This document shows, piece by piece, positions 14,823 through 28,500 of a stretch of DNA of 64,000 nucleotides; the stretch's first letter is position 1; every line of letters starts with the position of its first letter. A program made the translations under genes and the position numbers. The DNA is from Laetmonice hystrix. Taxonomy: Eukaryota. Below the pieces are notes generated by a model. It saw nothing but the letters and a program-made list of their open reading frames with translations. It searched no databases and had not been told where the DNA came from. The stretch covers positions 55,244,001 to 55,308,000 of the forward strand of contig OZ249436.1 of assembly GCA_965235115.1 (NCBI GenBank), in the 5' to 3' direction.

Positions 14823-15088
14823 CACTGGCGGATCCAGGATTTCACTAAAGGGGGGGGGCACAGAAAAGCAATTCATGATTGTTTGCATGACTAATTAAAG
14901 CTCATACTCTTGAATGAGAGTTTTAGAGGTATAGGCCTACATAATAGCTCGGGGTTTCCCTGAGATACACCGTCAGTGTTAAAATTAATTAAAAATGAGT
15001 AGGCTATAGCCGTGTATAGGCCTAACAATTATTAGTGAAGCTAAAGGGGGGCACGTGCCCCCTGTGCCCCCCTCTGGATCCGCCTTTG
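14823..15088. mobile_element. Short TIR element with 5-bp TSD (hAT5-like)
   Basis: cactggcggatccag...ctggatccgcctttg flanked by TAGAT on both sides. Confidence 0.7.
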
Positions 15089-15740
15089 TAGATGCATTAT
15101 ACCTGAAAACCGGGCCTCGTTCTATTAATATATATCGACACTGCATATAACCACCAATCAACGATTGATTGATAGGCGGGTTACCTCATCGGACACGTAT
15201 ACGTAATCACCCAACCAATGTACGTATTACATAATAAAACCGGGTTATGTCCTGTAACAAATTGTTTCTGTCAAACACTTCACGGCCAACGATGCAATCA
15301 GCGATAGGCTCCTCTCATGAGTGTCGGCCAGAGTGCAGCCAAGGCACCTACGCATTGTTTGGTTCATTATTGCCATAATTACGACAGGTGTTATGTCGAT
15401 AACGTTTACAGGTACATAAAATACAGGGCTCAATAAAACCAGTAGGGGACTGGGGCAAACTAAATGGTTGGGTTCCTTAAAGCCTTGGAAATTCACTGCC
15501 AGCGTATGCGCAAAACATTTATCAGCGTGTTGTTTTTGGCAAAGGTTGATTAATTCTTAACATTTTCACAAGTTACGACCAGACCGGGAGCGGATTTAAA
15601 TGTCGTCCATTATTAATTCTTTAGGCGATAAGTCGTTACATCATTGATTTAGACTCTACGTCAAATGTTGACATTGCCGCAGGTCCGAGTGCCATGTGGA
15701 TACCCAAAGATTTCATCGATGTGACTGTACTTCCGTTTTG

Positions 15741-16477
15741 AAAAAGGTCGTCGATTAAAAAGGTCGTCGATTGATGTGGGTTGTACAAAAGGTCGTCGAT
15801 TAGTGTGTGGTGTAGGAAAAGGTCGTCGATTAGTGTGTGGTGTAGAAAAAGGTCGTCGATTAATGTGTGGTGTAGAAAAAGGTCGTCGATTAATGCGTGT
15901 TGGAGAAAAAGGTCGTCGATCAGTGTATGGTGTAGAAAAAGGTCGTCGATTAGTGTGTGGTGTAGAAAAAGGTCGTCGATTAATGTGTGGTGTAGAAAAA
16001 GGTCGTCGATTAGTGTGTGGTGTAGAAAAAGGTCGTCGATTAGTGTGTGGTGTAGAAAAAGGTCGTCGATTAATGTGTGGTGTAGAAAAAGGTCGTCGAT
16101 TAATGCGTGTTGGAGAAAAAGGTCGTCAATTAATGTGGGTTGTAGAACAAGGTCGTCGATTAATGTGGGTTGTAGAAAAAGGTCGTCAATTAATGTGGGT
16201 TGTAGAAAAAGGTCGTCGATTAATGTGGGTTGTAGAAAAAGGTCGTCAATTAATGTGGGTTGTAAAAAAAGATCGTCGATTAATGTGGGTTGTAGAAAAA
16301 GGTCGTCGATTAATGTGGGTTATAGAAAAAGGTCGTCGATTAAAGGCCGGTTTACAGTCCGTCGGCCGACCGATCGCTGAGAGTTAAGTCTGCGTGAACT
16401 TTAATCTCAGGTCGGGCGATGATAAACCGGCCTTTATGTAGTTAGTAGAAAAAGGTCGTCGATTAATGTGGGTTGTA
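15741..16477. repeat. 30-bp minisatellite, ~21 copies
   Basis: Unit gtagaaaaaggtcgtcgattaatgtgtggt. Confidence 0.97.
16341..16436. mobile_element. ~95-bp hairpin MITE inserted in the 30-bp array
   Basis: TIR taaaggccggttta / taaaccggccttta, located at the ttaa of a repeat unit. Confidence 0.75.
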
Positions 16478-16999
16478 AGTCTTTGTTCAAAGTAAATTAC
16501 GAACCTTTAGCTGGAGCTCGTATGCGGGACAAAGTGTCAAGTCTCCAGCCCATGCTGGGCTGGTCATTCTGTGATTTGAGCGTTATCGGGGAAAAAAATC
16601 GAATACGACATAAAAATAATCGACTAACAAATTTGTCTGATGCTATGTTTGTTAACTGGTTACAACTTGTGAGCCCCTTCACCGTCTACTTATTATATTA
16701 TTTATATCGGGAAAGAAAACTACAATGTTTAACTTTGATTTACGCATTTCCGTCAGATCCCGTTAGAGGATGGCCTTCGTGGTTATGTACATGGACCCCA
16801 TACAAACAGTCCTTTACCGTACCGTAAGATCCATCTAATTGCAGGAAACTTCTGAATAATCGATAATGGTCATTTTCCATTCCCTAAAAGCCATGATGAA
16901 CACGTCTATTTTAATGCGAAAATGAAAAAAAAATAATCACCTAATAGTTCTAATAGATCCGGGAAAGTTATATTGCATTACAGTAACCCCTAGTATTAA

Positions 17000-17285
17000 A
17001 GGTGCTATTCGTGGGAAAAAGTTCAATTTTTTTATTTTTTATTTTGTTGACGTTTATGTGATGCCACCTATCATGGAAATAGATTCACAACCAAGGAAAT
17101 CAATATTTTTCATGGATAACGGCACAAATGGGGCTCTCTCGGAAGGGCTGTGGAGATGGCTCTATCGTTTCAAATGCTGCACACAGACTAATAGAAGGTT
17201 CATCAGGCCAATGGTATCGGTAGGAATTTTTTTCTAGTATAATGTATGATATAGAAGAAATATAGGAGCGAGACGAACAGCCCCT
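17000..17285 (-). mobile_element. Kolobok-like MITE family A, diverged and internally deleted copy
   Basis: TTAA|aggtgctattcgt...acgaacagcccct|TTAA; homologous to 24534-24873 and 42170-42509. Confidence 0.85.
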
Positions 17286-17294
17286 TTAATTTAA

Positions 17295-17847
17295 AGGAAA
17301 TATGTCACGGGGGGGGGGGGGTATCGACCAAAATCTTCAGTTTTCTGCTTATACCTGCTCACCACTGACGTACTTTATGGCACTGATTGTTTTTCATATT
17401 GATTCTGTCAACACATACTACGAGTAGACAGCTGTGAAATTCTCCCTAATGTGGAAAAATGAATAAAACTAGCTGCAGTGTCCGCAAAGTGCGGTGAATC
17501 CGCCATCTAAGTAAATAACAAATAAATAAACAAACAAATAAATAAATAAATAAATAAATAAATAGGTAAATAACAAATCTATAAAATGATAGTGATGGGA
17601 CTATAATGGCCCATCCGCCGATCGTGTGAAAAGGGTGCAAAACACAGCCGGCTGCAAATCCCGGAGTCTCGGAATCTAAGTGTGTCATTTTCAGTGACTG
17701 AATTAAGAATTGGCAATTTTTTTTACAAAATACCGGCCAAAGCTACATAAACAGGTAGGGGACATTTAAGGCATATCGGAGAACCGCAATGCAGACATAT
17801 TTTTGTTGAAACACGACGTATTATTTGAAATTCGTGACATATTACCT
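17295..17847. mobile_element. Kolobok-like MITE family B
   Basis: TTAA|aggaaatatgtcacg...cgtgacatattacct|TTAA; contains an (AAAT)n tract. Confidence 0.8.
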
Positions 17848-18354
17848 TTAAGGCGATATGCACTTAGGCTGCAGCTCAGTTTCCTGACCATGGTATTGCA
17901 GATTTCCCTGAGAAATTTCCCCAAACTTTCCCAAAATACTTGCAGGTGGCAGTTGACCCTCTGCCCCTGACACTGGAGCTATGACACTGGGAACGATCAA
18001 TCCCAGCAGTCGATCCATACGAGAAAATCAGGCGCGGTTCCAGCACTGTATAAAGGCGGGCCTCCAGCGCTGAAGGCGCGAAGCCAACATACACGGGGGC
18101 CTGTGTTGAATTTAGAAGTTTAAAAAACCGTTAACTCCGGCATCCGCAGTTGGTAATTGTGAAGTTTCTCAAAGTATTAGCCTACCAATAATTGTTGTCA
18201 CTTCTTTAAAAAGGGGGCTCTGGGGGTACAAGTTTTGAAGTTAGAAGGCCAAAAATGGCTATTTCCCGGCATCTGGACATAGAAATTGTTAAGATTTGGA
18301 AAACGTGGCGCGCCCCTGCGCTGCCCTTGGATCCGCGCCTAAACGTCCGATAAA

Positions 18355-19414
18355 CCTCCGAGTGTGCCTCACTCCGAGTGGACCTCACTTGTTTGACCTC
18401 CGAGTGGGCCTCACTTGGTGTTAGACCTCCGAGTGGGCCTCACTTGGTGTTTGACCTCCGAGTGGACCTCACTTGTTTGACCTCCGAGTGAGCCTCACTT
18501 GTTTGACTTCCGAGTGGGCCTCACTTGGTGTTTGACCTCCGAGTGGGCCTCACTTGGTGTTAGACCTCCGAGTGGGCCTCACTCCGAGTGGACCTCACTT
18601 GTTTGACCTCCGAGTGGGCCTCACTTGGTGTTTGACCTCCGAGTGGGCCTCACTTGGTGTTTGACCTCCGAGTGGACCTCACTTGTTTGACCTCCGAGTG
18701 AGCCTCACTTGTTTGACTTCCGAGTGGGCCTCACTTGGTGTTAGACCTCCGAGTGGGCCTCACTTGGTGTTTGACCTCCGAGTGGGCCTCACTTGGTGTT
18801 TGACCTCCGAGTGAGCCTCACTTGTTTGACCTCCGAGTGGGCCTCACTTGGTGTTAGACCTCCGAGTGGGCCTCACTTGGTGTTTGACCTCTGAGTAGGC
18901 CTCACTTGTTTGACCTCCAAGTAGGCCTCACTTGGTGTTTGACCTTCGAGTGGGTCTCACTTGTTTGACCTCCGAGTGAGCCTCACTTGTTCGACCTCCG
19001 AGTGGGCCTCACTTGGTGTTTGACCTCCGAGTGAGCCTCACTTGTTTGACCTCTGAGTGGGCCTCACTTGTTTGACCTCCGAGTGAGCCTCACTTGGTGT
19101 TTGACCTCCGAGTGGGCCTCACTTGGTGTTTGACCTCCGAGTGGGCCTCACTTGTTTGACCTCCGAGTGAGCCTCACTTGTTTGACCTCCAAGTAGGCCT
19201 CACTTAGTGTTTGACCTCCGAGTGGGTCTCACTTGTTTGACCTCCGAGTGAGCCTCACTTGGTGTTTGACCTCCGAGTGAGCCTCACTTGTTTGACCTCT
19301 GAGTGGGCCTCACTTGTTTGACCTCCGAGTGAGCCTCACTTGGTGTTTGACCTCCGAGTGGGCCTCACTTGGTGTTTGACCTCCGAGTGGGCCTCACTTG
19401 GTGTTTGACCTCTG
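18355..19414. repeat. 29/26-bp minisatellite, ~38 copies
   Basis: Unit gacctccgagtgggcctcactt(ggt)gttt; lies in intron 1 of the UPF0764-like gene. Confidence 0.97.
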
Positions 19415-19540
19415 AAGTTTTTTCTAAACCATGCCTACAGTATTGGAAATGCCTAAAGTTTTTGCAAGTGCAAATGTATTTGATTCCTCCATCTGCTACT
19501 CTTTGATGCTCTTACTATATGTACAAACTTCCAAACTTAC

Positions 19541-19751
19541 CGTCAACCATCCGCGTTCCAATGATCCCGTCAAGGTTCACTCGTTTGTGTTCGGCTGTAA
19601 AGAAGTCAAGCGCCTGGTCCATGGCCTCAAGCACTCGGTCAAGAGTCCGAGCAGGGTCGGTATGGGAGGCCGACTCGTCAGCAGTTGAACAGACTCCCCA
19701 AAGTGTTCCGATTGCCAGCCATGTAAGGCAAAACTTAGTCCGTATCTCCAT
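19541..19751 (-). CDS. First coding exon of a UPF0764 / C16orf89-like secreted protein (partial gene)
   Basis: Signal-peptide-like MEIRTKFCLTWLAIGTLWGVCSTA, then RVLEAMDQALDFFTAEHKRVNLDGIIGTRMVD|gtaagt. This resembles the family's N-terminal (I/V)NLDG..G.R motif as recalled. Downstream exons were not recognised in the window. Confidence 0.7.
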
Positions 19752-19899
19752 TGCAATCCGAAAGTAAATGGACAAGTTCTCTCTGCGGGGGTGCAATTTA
19801 TATACGATCGAAGTACGCAGGTCGTGTTTCTTTGATACAGCTCCTAGCTGCAGGTCCAGTGTTGTTGGTGCTGAGGGTTGGTTCCACTTTGAATGCTCT

Positions 19900-20210
19900 C
19901 TGTCCAGCCGGGGGCGGGCGGGCGGCCTGGCGGATGCAGGGACTGGACGGTGTCGGGACACGTACGCCTTGTGGGCGGGGCCCAGGTAGGGGGAGGTCAA
20001 TAGTCTGGACCGGGGCGGACAGAGCCGTCGAGTAGAAGTTGTCCCTTATTAAACTACTTCAACAAAATCACTCTACCCGCGAATTTGCCTTCGTAGAACT
20101 CGTAGAACTATTGCACAGAAACTGAAGAATAGTCATCTGAATGATAATTGGCCTGCCCCTCGCTGATGCCATTGGCTGGACAGAACCGTGCTGGCATTGT
20201 GACGTCACTT
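19900..20210 (-). promoter_or_regulatory. GC-box/CCAAT/CRE-containing promoter region upstream of the UPF0764-like exon
   Basis: GGGCGG boxes at ~19911-19925, ~19972 and ~20012; ATTGG at ~20147 and 20171; GTGACGTCAC at 20199-20208. Confidence 0.45.
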
Positions 20211-23200
20211 ACTCTGGAGACATAATAATATTAGGTAAAAGGTCATAGATTTATAGATATTGCCATGCTGGGTGTGCGTAGAAGAGACAGGCGATACTTT
20301 CTACAAGTCTATCTGTACGAGAGTATACATACTTCTCCGGTTAGTCATGAGGTTAATTGTTGATTTAGAAGGATTACAAAGGGAAACCTTTAAAGGGCGG
20401 ATACAAACTATCTCAAAATTCAAAGGTTATAGAAACAGTAGAAGTCGTTCAAGTTACAAGGTATTATAAGTTACTTTTCTATAAAAAGCAAGACCGACTT
20501 CGGATCTTAAGTTTTGCTATTGATTTGAAATCTGCCGATCGCCTGACTCAAAGTTGAACCTTCTTTAACTATGCACTAGATCTTTGTTGTATTTTGGAGC
20601 TAGGCCTATTTCGACGGGACGTTTGTAATGAAATATAACGTATAGGGTATTATCAGAAAAACACAGGCCAAAAACACAAAAAAGTTCTACGCACCAGGAA
20701 CTTCGTGCTGGCAAGACCAAACAGACCTTGGTGATACGAAATCCTGTGAAGTTGTCGGCGTAGACCCGGTAGGTGGCGCCAGTGTGCGCCGTGTGTCATC
20801 TGCTGAGGCGGGGCAGATGGTAGGCTGCAGAATGAAAAGTCGCCATCGGCTTCAGCGTACGCCTAGGAACACACCAACCGTGCAGCATCGCCGCCGCCAA
20901 CAGTAGAACACGAGTTGGTCTGGTCGATTGAATAATTCATGGGTCGATTAATGATGGTCACTAATGAAACTACTTCTCGTGGTTTTATTCTACATCAGCC
21001 ATCTGTAGCCTACTTATCCGATTCAGTCCCGTCTTCTGGCGTAAGCCGGGCGCACGTGGCAATAAACTGGCGACTTCCGGTTGCGATTGGTGAGCCTATA
21101 ATGACAGGTAGCTGTAAGCCACAGGTGAGAGCTGGAGTGATGTCAGAGATACGGGTGTAACTGACGTCTCCAAATCACGGATCTTGAGGCGTGGTCGAGG
21201 GAATGGGTGTGTACCGGCTCAAATTGGCTAATAAATACGTAATGGGACAGCCTAAACATCATTCTCTTGTCAGGGCTTGCCCCCGTGGATCCTGTGGGAA
21301 TCAGCATATGATGATCCTGCGGGAATCAGCATTATGATGTGATGTATTATATCAACGAGCCTATATACAATTTCTCCTGAGAGCGAGACCTACTCCTTGC
21401 CACACGGATCTGTGCGCTTACCGATTCATCATCTTGGGGACTGACCCACGCCTGCTATAGCTCCATTTCCGGGTGTTAACCTGTCATCTCGAGGCGTAGT
21501 GCAGTTACCTATGTCCCTAAGTGCATGGTGCCAACATCCTGAGTTACGGCAGCACGTCCTTGTAATAACGCATCCCGTGTGCTCACACGCCTGACCCGTA
21601 CAACCAGCTGTGTATCTGCAGCAGACGGCACTGACAGACATCGTCATATAGCCGGGTACCATCGAGGGAACGCGCCACCAGTCAGCAGCCGACAGCTGTT
21701 CATCACCATAGATACCGGGGGCAGAGGACGTCCCCTGTTTCAGCCGTTAATTGAGCTGTCTCGACGTCCGCCGAGCAAGACATGGGCCGAGTAATGGGTC
21801 AGGCAGGAGATGGAAAATTATTGGGTTCATTACTCGCGTCATTACGGCCATGGCTACATGCAGGGGATAGTGCCACATTTTGTTGACTCTAAGGTCTGAA
21901 GGTTGTGCTCATTGATTAATATAGGAACGTATTAATAAATATCAGGGTTCTGTGTGGGTTGGAAAATCTGCGATAGCGTTATCATCATATTTTTCTGGTG
22001 TAAGGATACAAAACAAACAAGAAACAACAAAATAAACAGGAATGCTGATTCTTTGGTACAATGGGAAGACATAGGCGGTGCTCATAGGGTTTAAACAAAG
22101 AAATTTACGAAAAAAAGCTATTAGGCCTATGTTGTAAATATTCCGTGTAAACGTTTTTAAGGGGACATGGTAAATTTCTGACCTCGTCAAAGAAAACACA
22201 TTACTCCACACTGGGTTAGAGGCCAGGTCCCAGTTCCGTCTATTATCTACTCCCCCCCCTTGTTTACAATACCACGCGTCAAATTATAGGGGAAAATACG
22301 TTATGCCTAATGTACTGCAGAGGCTTGGTAGAAACCTCCATTCCAAAGGCCATTATTCTGGCATACAGGCCATACAGTGCTGAAACTTTGGGGAGAAGCC
22401 CAATAACCGTGATTGTCTTGTCGAATAGCAGAGTTATTTCGGCCCCACGTTACCGACCTCCCTCTCACAACATCCAAATTGACCACAATTATTCATTGGC
22501 CTCCGCCATTTGATGGACAGAAATGGCTTCACTCCCAAAGGCTTGACACGGTGCAGGATACGGCATACCTTTGAGAAACATCAATTTTTCTTAAAGGCAA
22601 AACACGCCAATAGAAAGTAATGGTAACTACTTCTACCTCTTATATTATCCCCATCCGGTTGTTGGCCAACGTATCACAGATCTACTAAGATTATAAACTA
22701 AGCACAGATATCGTTTTCCTGAGACCAGAAAACCAGAACAAACCGGATAAAAGATGTTCTTCCTTTTCAATTCAATGGAAAATGTCCTATTTTACCCAAA
22801 GATTTCACAAGGAAATATACCTAAAATGAAAGAATTAGTGACAGCATAGCTAAGGACGCTGGCATATCGTACAAAATATTGATTAAAAATTTGGATCGTT
22901 TAAAAAAGTTTTACTTTCACTTTAATTTGCGTACCTGCATGGAATTGACACCGTTAACGCGTTCATGAAACTTCATCAACAGATGGTATATAGACGGAAT
23001 ACTGACGAAACATTCAGAAATAGAACAGTCATATCCATACATGTATTTGCGTGTAGGATCAGTTTGGTTTTAGATGATTTATGAATACATGTGTATATGT
23101 TTTGACATGAGGTCGTTCATGGCTGCAGGTGCAAGCACTGCAGGCTCCCACTGGAATTGCTTTTTGGGTATTATCCGAGCACGCGGGCCTGAACAAATGA

Positions 23201-24533
23201 TTACAATCCATGAAACCCGTGGTCTTTTGATAGGCACGAAGCAATTCGCATAGGACCACAAGAATGGAGAATGGAAGTAAAAGTCAATCGGCCGCTCTGG
23301 TCTGCCACAATGAGCGCCAGCAATATTGCACGGGCCAGGGTATTGTAGGTACCTGACTTGTTGAGTCCGAGGGCTATTCTTGTCCTGGATAAAACGCCCC
23401 TTGTCCGGTTAATTTGCTCGTGTATCTATGGAGATCACGCACCGCCGGAAGGACGCCGGGTGGTTGTAGAAGGCGGCAGGCCGCTGTCCATCATGGCATG
23501 TGGAGATCTATAATAACAGTGTGGAATGCCTCCAGGTAGGTCTACATCTCCTCTGTCTAACAAAAATATCATTGAGCCAGAAACTTGTATTGTGGCACAC
23601 AAACGATCATGTTATACATACTTCAGGCGGGCTCATACAGAGGAAATATTGAATTTAAGAAGTAATTAGGGACCACCTAAATATTATTTTTGGCCCATTG
23701 AATGCCAATGCTAACGGAAACCTGAGTAAGGCCTATTTTATATCCGTAAGAACGATGAATATAGTGCGTATATAAGGTCTGTGTCACTTATTTCATATAC
23801 ATTTTACAAATTGGCGAAAATACTGCTTAAATATAGTCTGGTAATTATGTTCCATAGCACTGCCTACTTGCCTGATTGGATTTCGTGAATATTTGGAATG
23901 ACGCGCGTCTTTCCTATACCTGCAGCCCACCTAGGCGATAGAGTTTTAGCCGGGCGACTTCACACCCTTTTCACAGAACGCGAGATTGCAGCCGACCCCG
24001 CGGCGTAAATTTTGTGCATGTTCAAAATTGGTCGCCGCTCATGGCGCTCATTGTGACCATATGACGACCCAGGGAGACACTATCTCGCCTTACGACGCTC
24101 AGAAGGACCCCATGGCACTCTATCCGCGTTCTATGGCGATCTGGCCCATCTTCTAGAGCGCAGCTAGATCGTCCCAGTGTGATGGGGTATAAGGAAGATG
24201 GTCTCCGCGTGGAAACATCACTCATGACGAGTGGCCTGGAGAATCTCCCCTATTTCAACTCCGTCAATCAGCAGGCAAGGTGAAGGCAAGCTTGTCATTC
24301 GGACAAAGTTAAGGGGTGAAGACAATTGATATGCTGTTCCCTCTGTATAAAAAGTGGAGGCATGCCCCGTGTACACCCCCTAAAATCATATTACGCCAAA
24401 GCATCATTTTCTAAAGAGGGTTCCTTGAGATCTAGACAATGTCATGTTAAAAACATAATAGTGGCATGACGAAATCACGAAGTCAAGAGCGAAATGTAAA
24501 AATTGTTCTCACGTGCCCCAACATTTGAATTAA

Positions 24534-24873
24534 AGGTGCTATTCGTCTCGCACAGAATGGCATTTCTCCTATCATACATTGTGCACATAGTACTAGAAAA
24601 AATTCCTACCGATACCATTGGCCTGATGAACCTTCTATTAGTTTGTGTGCAGCATTTGAAACCTATCTCGGTGTGCACCGAGATAGAGCCATTTCCTATG
24701 GTGGGGCGTGTCAGGGTCTCCACAGGCCTTCTGAGAGAGCCCCATTTGTGCCGTTATCCATGAAAAATTTTGATTTCCTTTGTTGTGAATCTATTTCCAT
24801 GATAGGTGGGATCACATAAACGTCAACAAAATTAAAAATAAAAAAATTGAACTTTTTTTCACGAATAGCACCT
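24534..24873 (+). mobile_element. Kolobok-like MITE family A, 340 bp
   Basis: TTAA|aggtgctattcgt...acgaatagcacct|TTAA; central palindrome ctatctcggtg(t)gcaccgagatag. Confidence 0.92.
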
Positions 24874-26935
24874 TTAACCCATCTACGGACGTCAGCCCCG
24901 TACGGTAACGTTACAAACAGCAGTCAGTAATCAAATTAAAAATTAGGCCTTTGAAGCCTGTCAGGACATAAAAATCTTTCTTCATACAGACACAGAAGTG
25001 AAAGGTACGTATACCTAAAATATGCAGAGGTTAATGTATGGATTCTTTGACATGTATACTGGTAATATCAGGCTTGGGCTACCGTTGGACCAACTTCTGG
25101 AAGGCAACATCTATATAAGGGGGACGCGGCAAATACTTCCCACAGTTGGTTCAACGTTGGCCTGACCTGTGAACCCCAACGCCGACATTGTCGACTTAAA
25201 AACCACGTTGACCCAACGTGTGTACATGTTACCATGGACCCCCTGCTGGTGTTCGCGTGATTCGAAGACTGCTACTGTCGACAGGCGTAAGTGCCGACCA
25301 GGTCGACTGATTCTACCGCCGAAGGGAAAATCAGGGGCAATTACCCTAGTTATTTTCGTTAGAATGCATTGAAAACATCCGTAGTATCTTGGGTACACAC
25401 ACCAATCTTTAGTGACCAGGAGATCATCATGTTAAAAGCAGGGTACTGTTGTCCGATGATCATAAGGGCCCGCTGGAAGGGCGCAAACCTTTCGCTTAAC
25501 ATTTTAGTGACCCTCCTTCGTGCCCTTCTATTTTTGTGGCACCCGTGCCATTTTAGACGACATGGCGGCCCCTAGAGCAGCACAATAGGCAGGGCCTGGA
25601 ACCTTTCTCCTGCAGCCGATCTTAACAAAATATAGCCTACGTAGTAAGCCTCAGCCAGTGAGGCTTACAACCACTCAATGTTAAAAATTGGTGTGTCACT
25701 GGCAACGCAAATTCATGTACCGATCAACTCACCGGCATCCATTTATCACGGGCAACGTCTTCTTTTAGTGGTTCGACAAGTATTTTAAGGATAAAACATC
25801 AAATTCCGAAGTGTCGTACAGCTGCGGCTTCCGTTGCCTGTTTATGTCCCAGCATGCATCTCTCTGACCTAGCAAGGTCCCCTGCTCTACGTATGTCGTA
25901 ACATAGCGGACGCGTCTGTTAGGCAGGGTACCAGGCTACTCCCTGACCCGGGAGGTCAAAATGGCCGGGATAGGCAGAGAGCGAAATTCGTCGATTCTTT
26001 CTGCCGTTTACAAATGTTTGATACCTATACGCTAGTCTTCCTATAAACAAAGAAAGACCCTACGTGAAGCAAATGCCCCAAAAGAACCTACAGCGAATGG
26101 ATCCATGGCACTGTGGAGCGCAGAAATGTTTAGACACGATTCAAAGCCCCAATATAAAAACGGGAGACATATTTGCGGACTGTGGGCCCATTCAGTCGGC
26201 CTTCTCTCATGGTTCCAGTGATCGAACACAATTCAATAACGTGTTGAATTTGCAATGCGGCATTCGACAAGCCTACCATGCACTTTGACATTCAGGTTGG
26301 TATGTGTGCCCATGTTCTATCAACATCCTGTTGTCGATAAACTACTTACAACCCACACCGGCCAGTCTATACGAACCTAGGCCAATTAAATACACGAGAC
26401 GGCCCGGTTTGACAATTAATTGAAGGCCGACAAAGCCAATCGACGTGATGACTTGGGACGGCCAACGAGTAAAGGACTGCCTGAATTATCCATGAGGAAT
26501 GAAAAGCCGAAAAGAAATCGATTCGCCCATATTTCTTACTTCCCTAATTGCTGCCTCCTGTCCATTATTCATGGGGGTGGCGTCAAATTGCCGATTGATA
26601 AGAATTGCCGCGCTTCCTCTGGGTTGCTTCCTGCATCCTGTGGTGGACCTCCAGGAAGAAAGAAATGGACGAAATGCTGTGGCCACTGCATGATGGCCCT
26701 AATGGCCCGTTAAGTCGGGTCCGTGGAAAAAAGTACACCGACGGGGAATGAAACGGCAGGAAATCGAGAGGTTCTTATTTTCAAAGATAACGCAAAGAAA
26801 CACTTTTGCAGATTGTTTCTGTTGTTGCTGCTTATAGTGGTTTGTCTACTTCAACACCTGCAACATTGAAAGTACAGGCAGATCGAGGAATTTTGGAAAA
26901 GCTGCGTGCGAGGCGCACTTAACCTAAATCTACCT

Positions 26936-28054
26936 ACAGGAGAGGTCTCTTACCTTGTTGTCCCAGTAACAGGAGAGGTCACTTACCTTGTTGTCCCGGT
27001 AACAGGAGAGGTCTCTTACCTTGTTGTCCCAGTAACAGGAGAGGTCACTTACCTTGTTGTCCCGGTAACAGGAGAGGTCTCTTACCTTGTTGTCCCGGTA
27101 ACAGGAGAGGTCTCATCTTGTCCCGGTAACAGGAGAGGTCACTTACCTTGTTGTCCCGGTAACATGAGAGGTCTCTTACCTTGTTGTCCCGGTAACAGGA
27201 GAGGTCTCTTATCTTGTCCCGGTAACAGGAGAGGTCACTTACCTTGTTGTTTCGGTAACAGGAGAGGTCTCTTATCTTGTCCCGGTAACAGGAGAGGTCT
27301 CTTACCTTGTTGTCCCGGTAACATGAGAGGTCTCTTACCTTGTTGTCCCGGTAACATGAGAGGTCTCTTACCTTGTCCCGGTAACAGGAGAGGTCTCTTA
27401 TCTTGTTGTTTCGGTAACAGAAGAGGTCACTTACCTTGTTGTTTCGGTAACAGAAGAGGTCTCTTACCTTGTCCCGGTAACAGGAGAGGTCACTTACCTT
27501 GTTGTCCCGGTAACAGAAGAGGTCTCTTACCTTGTCCCGGTAACATGAGAGGTCACTTACCTTGTTGTCCCGGTAACAGAAGAGGTCTCTTACCTTGTCC
27601 CGGTAACAGGAGAGGTCACTTACCTTGTTGTTTCGGTAACAGAAGAGGTCTCTTACCTTGTCCCGGTAACAGGAGAGGTCTCTTATCTTGTCCCGGTAAC
27701 AGGAGAGGTCTCTTACCTTGTTGTCCCGGTAACATGAGAGGTCTCTTACCTTGTTGTCCCGGTAACAGGAGAGGTCTCTTATCTTGTCCCGGTAACATGA
27801 GAGGTCACTTACCTTGTTGTCCCGGTAACAGGAGAGGTCACTTATCTTGTTGTCCCGGTAACAGGAGAGGTCTCTTATCTTGTCCCGGTAACAGGAGAGG
27901 TCACTTACCTTGTTGTCCCGGTAACAGGAGAGGTCTCTTACCTTGTTGCCCCGGTAACAGGAGAGGTCTCTTACCTTGTCGTCGTATGGGTAATATGAGA
28001 GGCCTCTGTCCCTATAACAGGAGGGGTCTCTTATATTGTTCCGGTAACAGGAGA
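26936..28054. repeat. 33/30-bp minisatellite, block 1
   Basis: Unit cccggtaacaggagaggtc(t/a)cttaccttgt(tgt). Confidence 0.97.
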
Positions 28055-28500
28055 GCTTCCCTTCCCGAGTGCCCTTGAGTCCTTTTTTACGTGAACACAC
28101 AGGTCATCAGTAAAATCCGTTAAAAGTGCCTGGCTCGGAGATATGACCAAAATGTGTCCCTGGCGACGTCTTGGTCGGATTATCGTTGTGTGCAGAGGTT
28201 TGCTCAAAATTGTGATGGGATGGTTCTCACATAGGCGGATTCGGGGGCGGGTCACAGGTGGCACGTGCCCCCTTTATCATTGTAAATATTTTTTTCATAT
28301 TTAAACACATCACATAATGAGTGGACATGATGAAGCAAATGGTTGTAACTTTTTGACAGAAGTCCTACATACAACAAAAGAGCTTATGGGTGGCGACACG
28401 CTGTGGAGACGGACGGAATCATGGCTCCTCCAAAGTCTACATTGGTATTGTGATCAGCGCCATCTAGAGGGCTACACGTCAGGCAATCTGATCCCGGACC

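Noticed and set aside
15776..16387. ~200-aa repetitive ORFs
   Set aside because: Translations of the 30-bp minisatellite.
23060..23500. Possible exon or pseudogene (GC-richer, Cys-containing frames)
   Set aside because: No recognisable motif or consistent splice structure.
24475..24763. Near-identical short ORFs here and at 42280-42601
   Set aside because: They are copies of the non-coding 340-bp MITE, not a gene family.
26906..28100. 390-aa Cys-rich and 351-aa ORFs
   Set aside because: Translations of the 33/30-bp array, open on both strands; no independent coding evidence.
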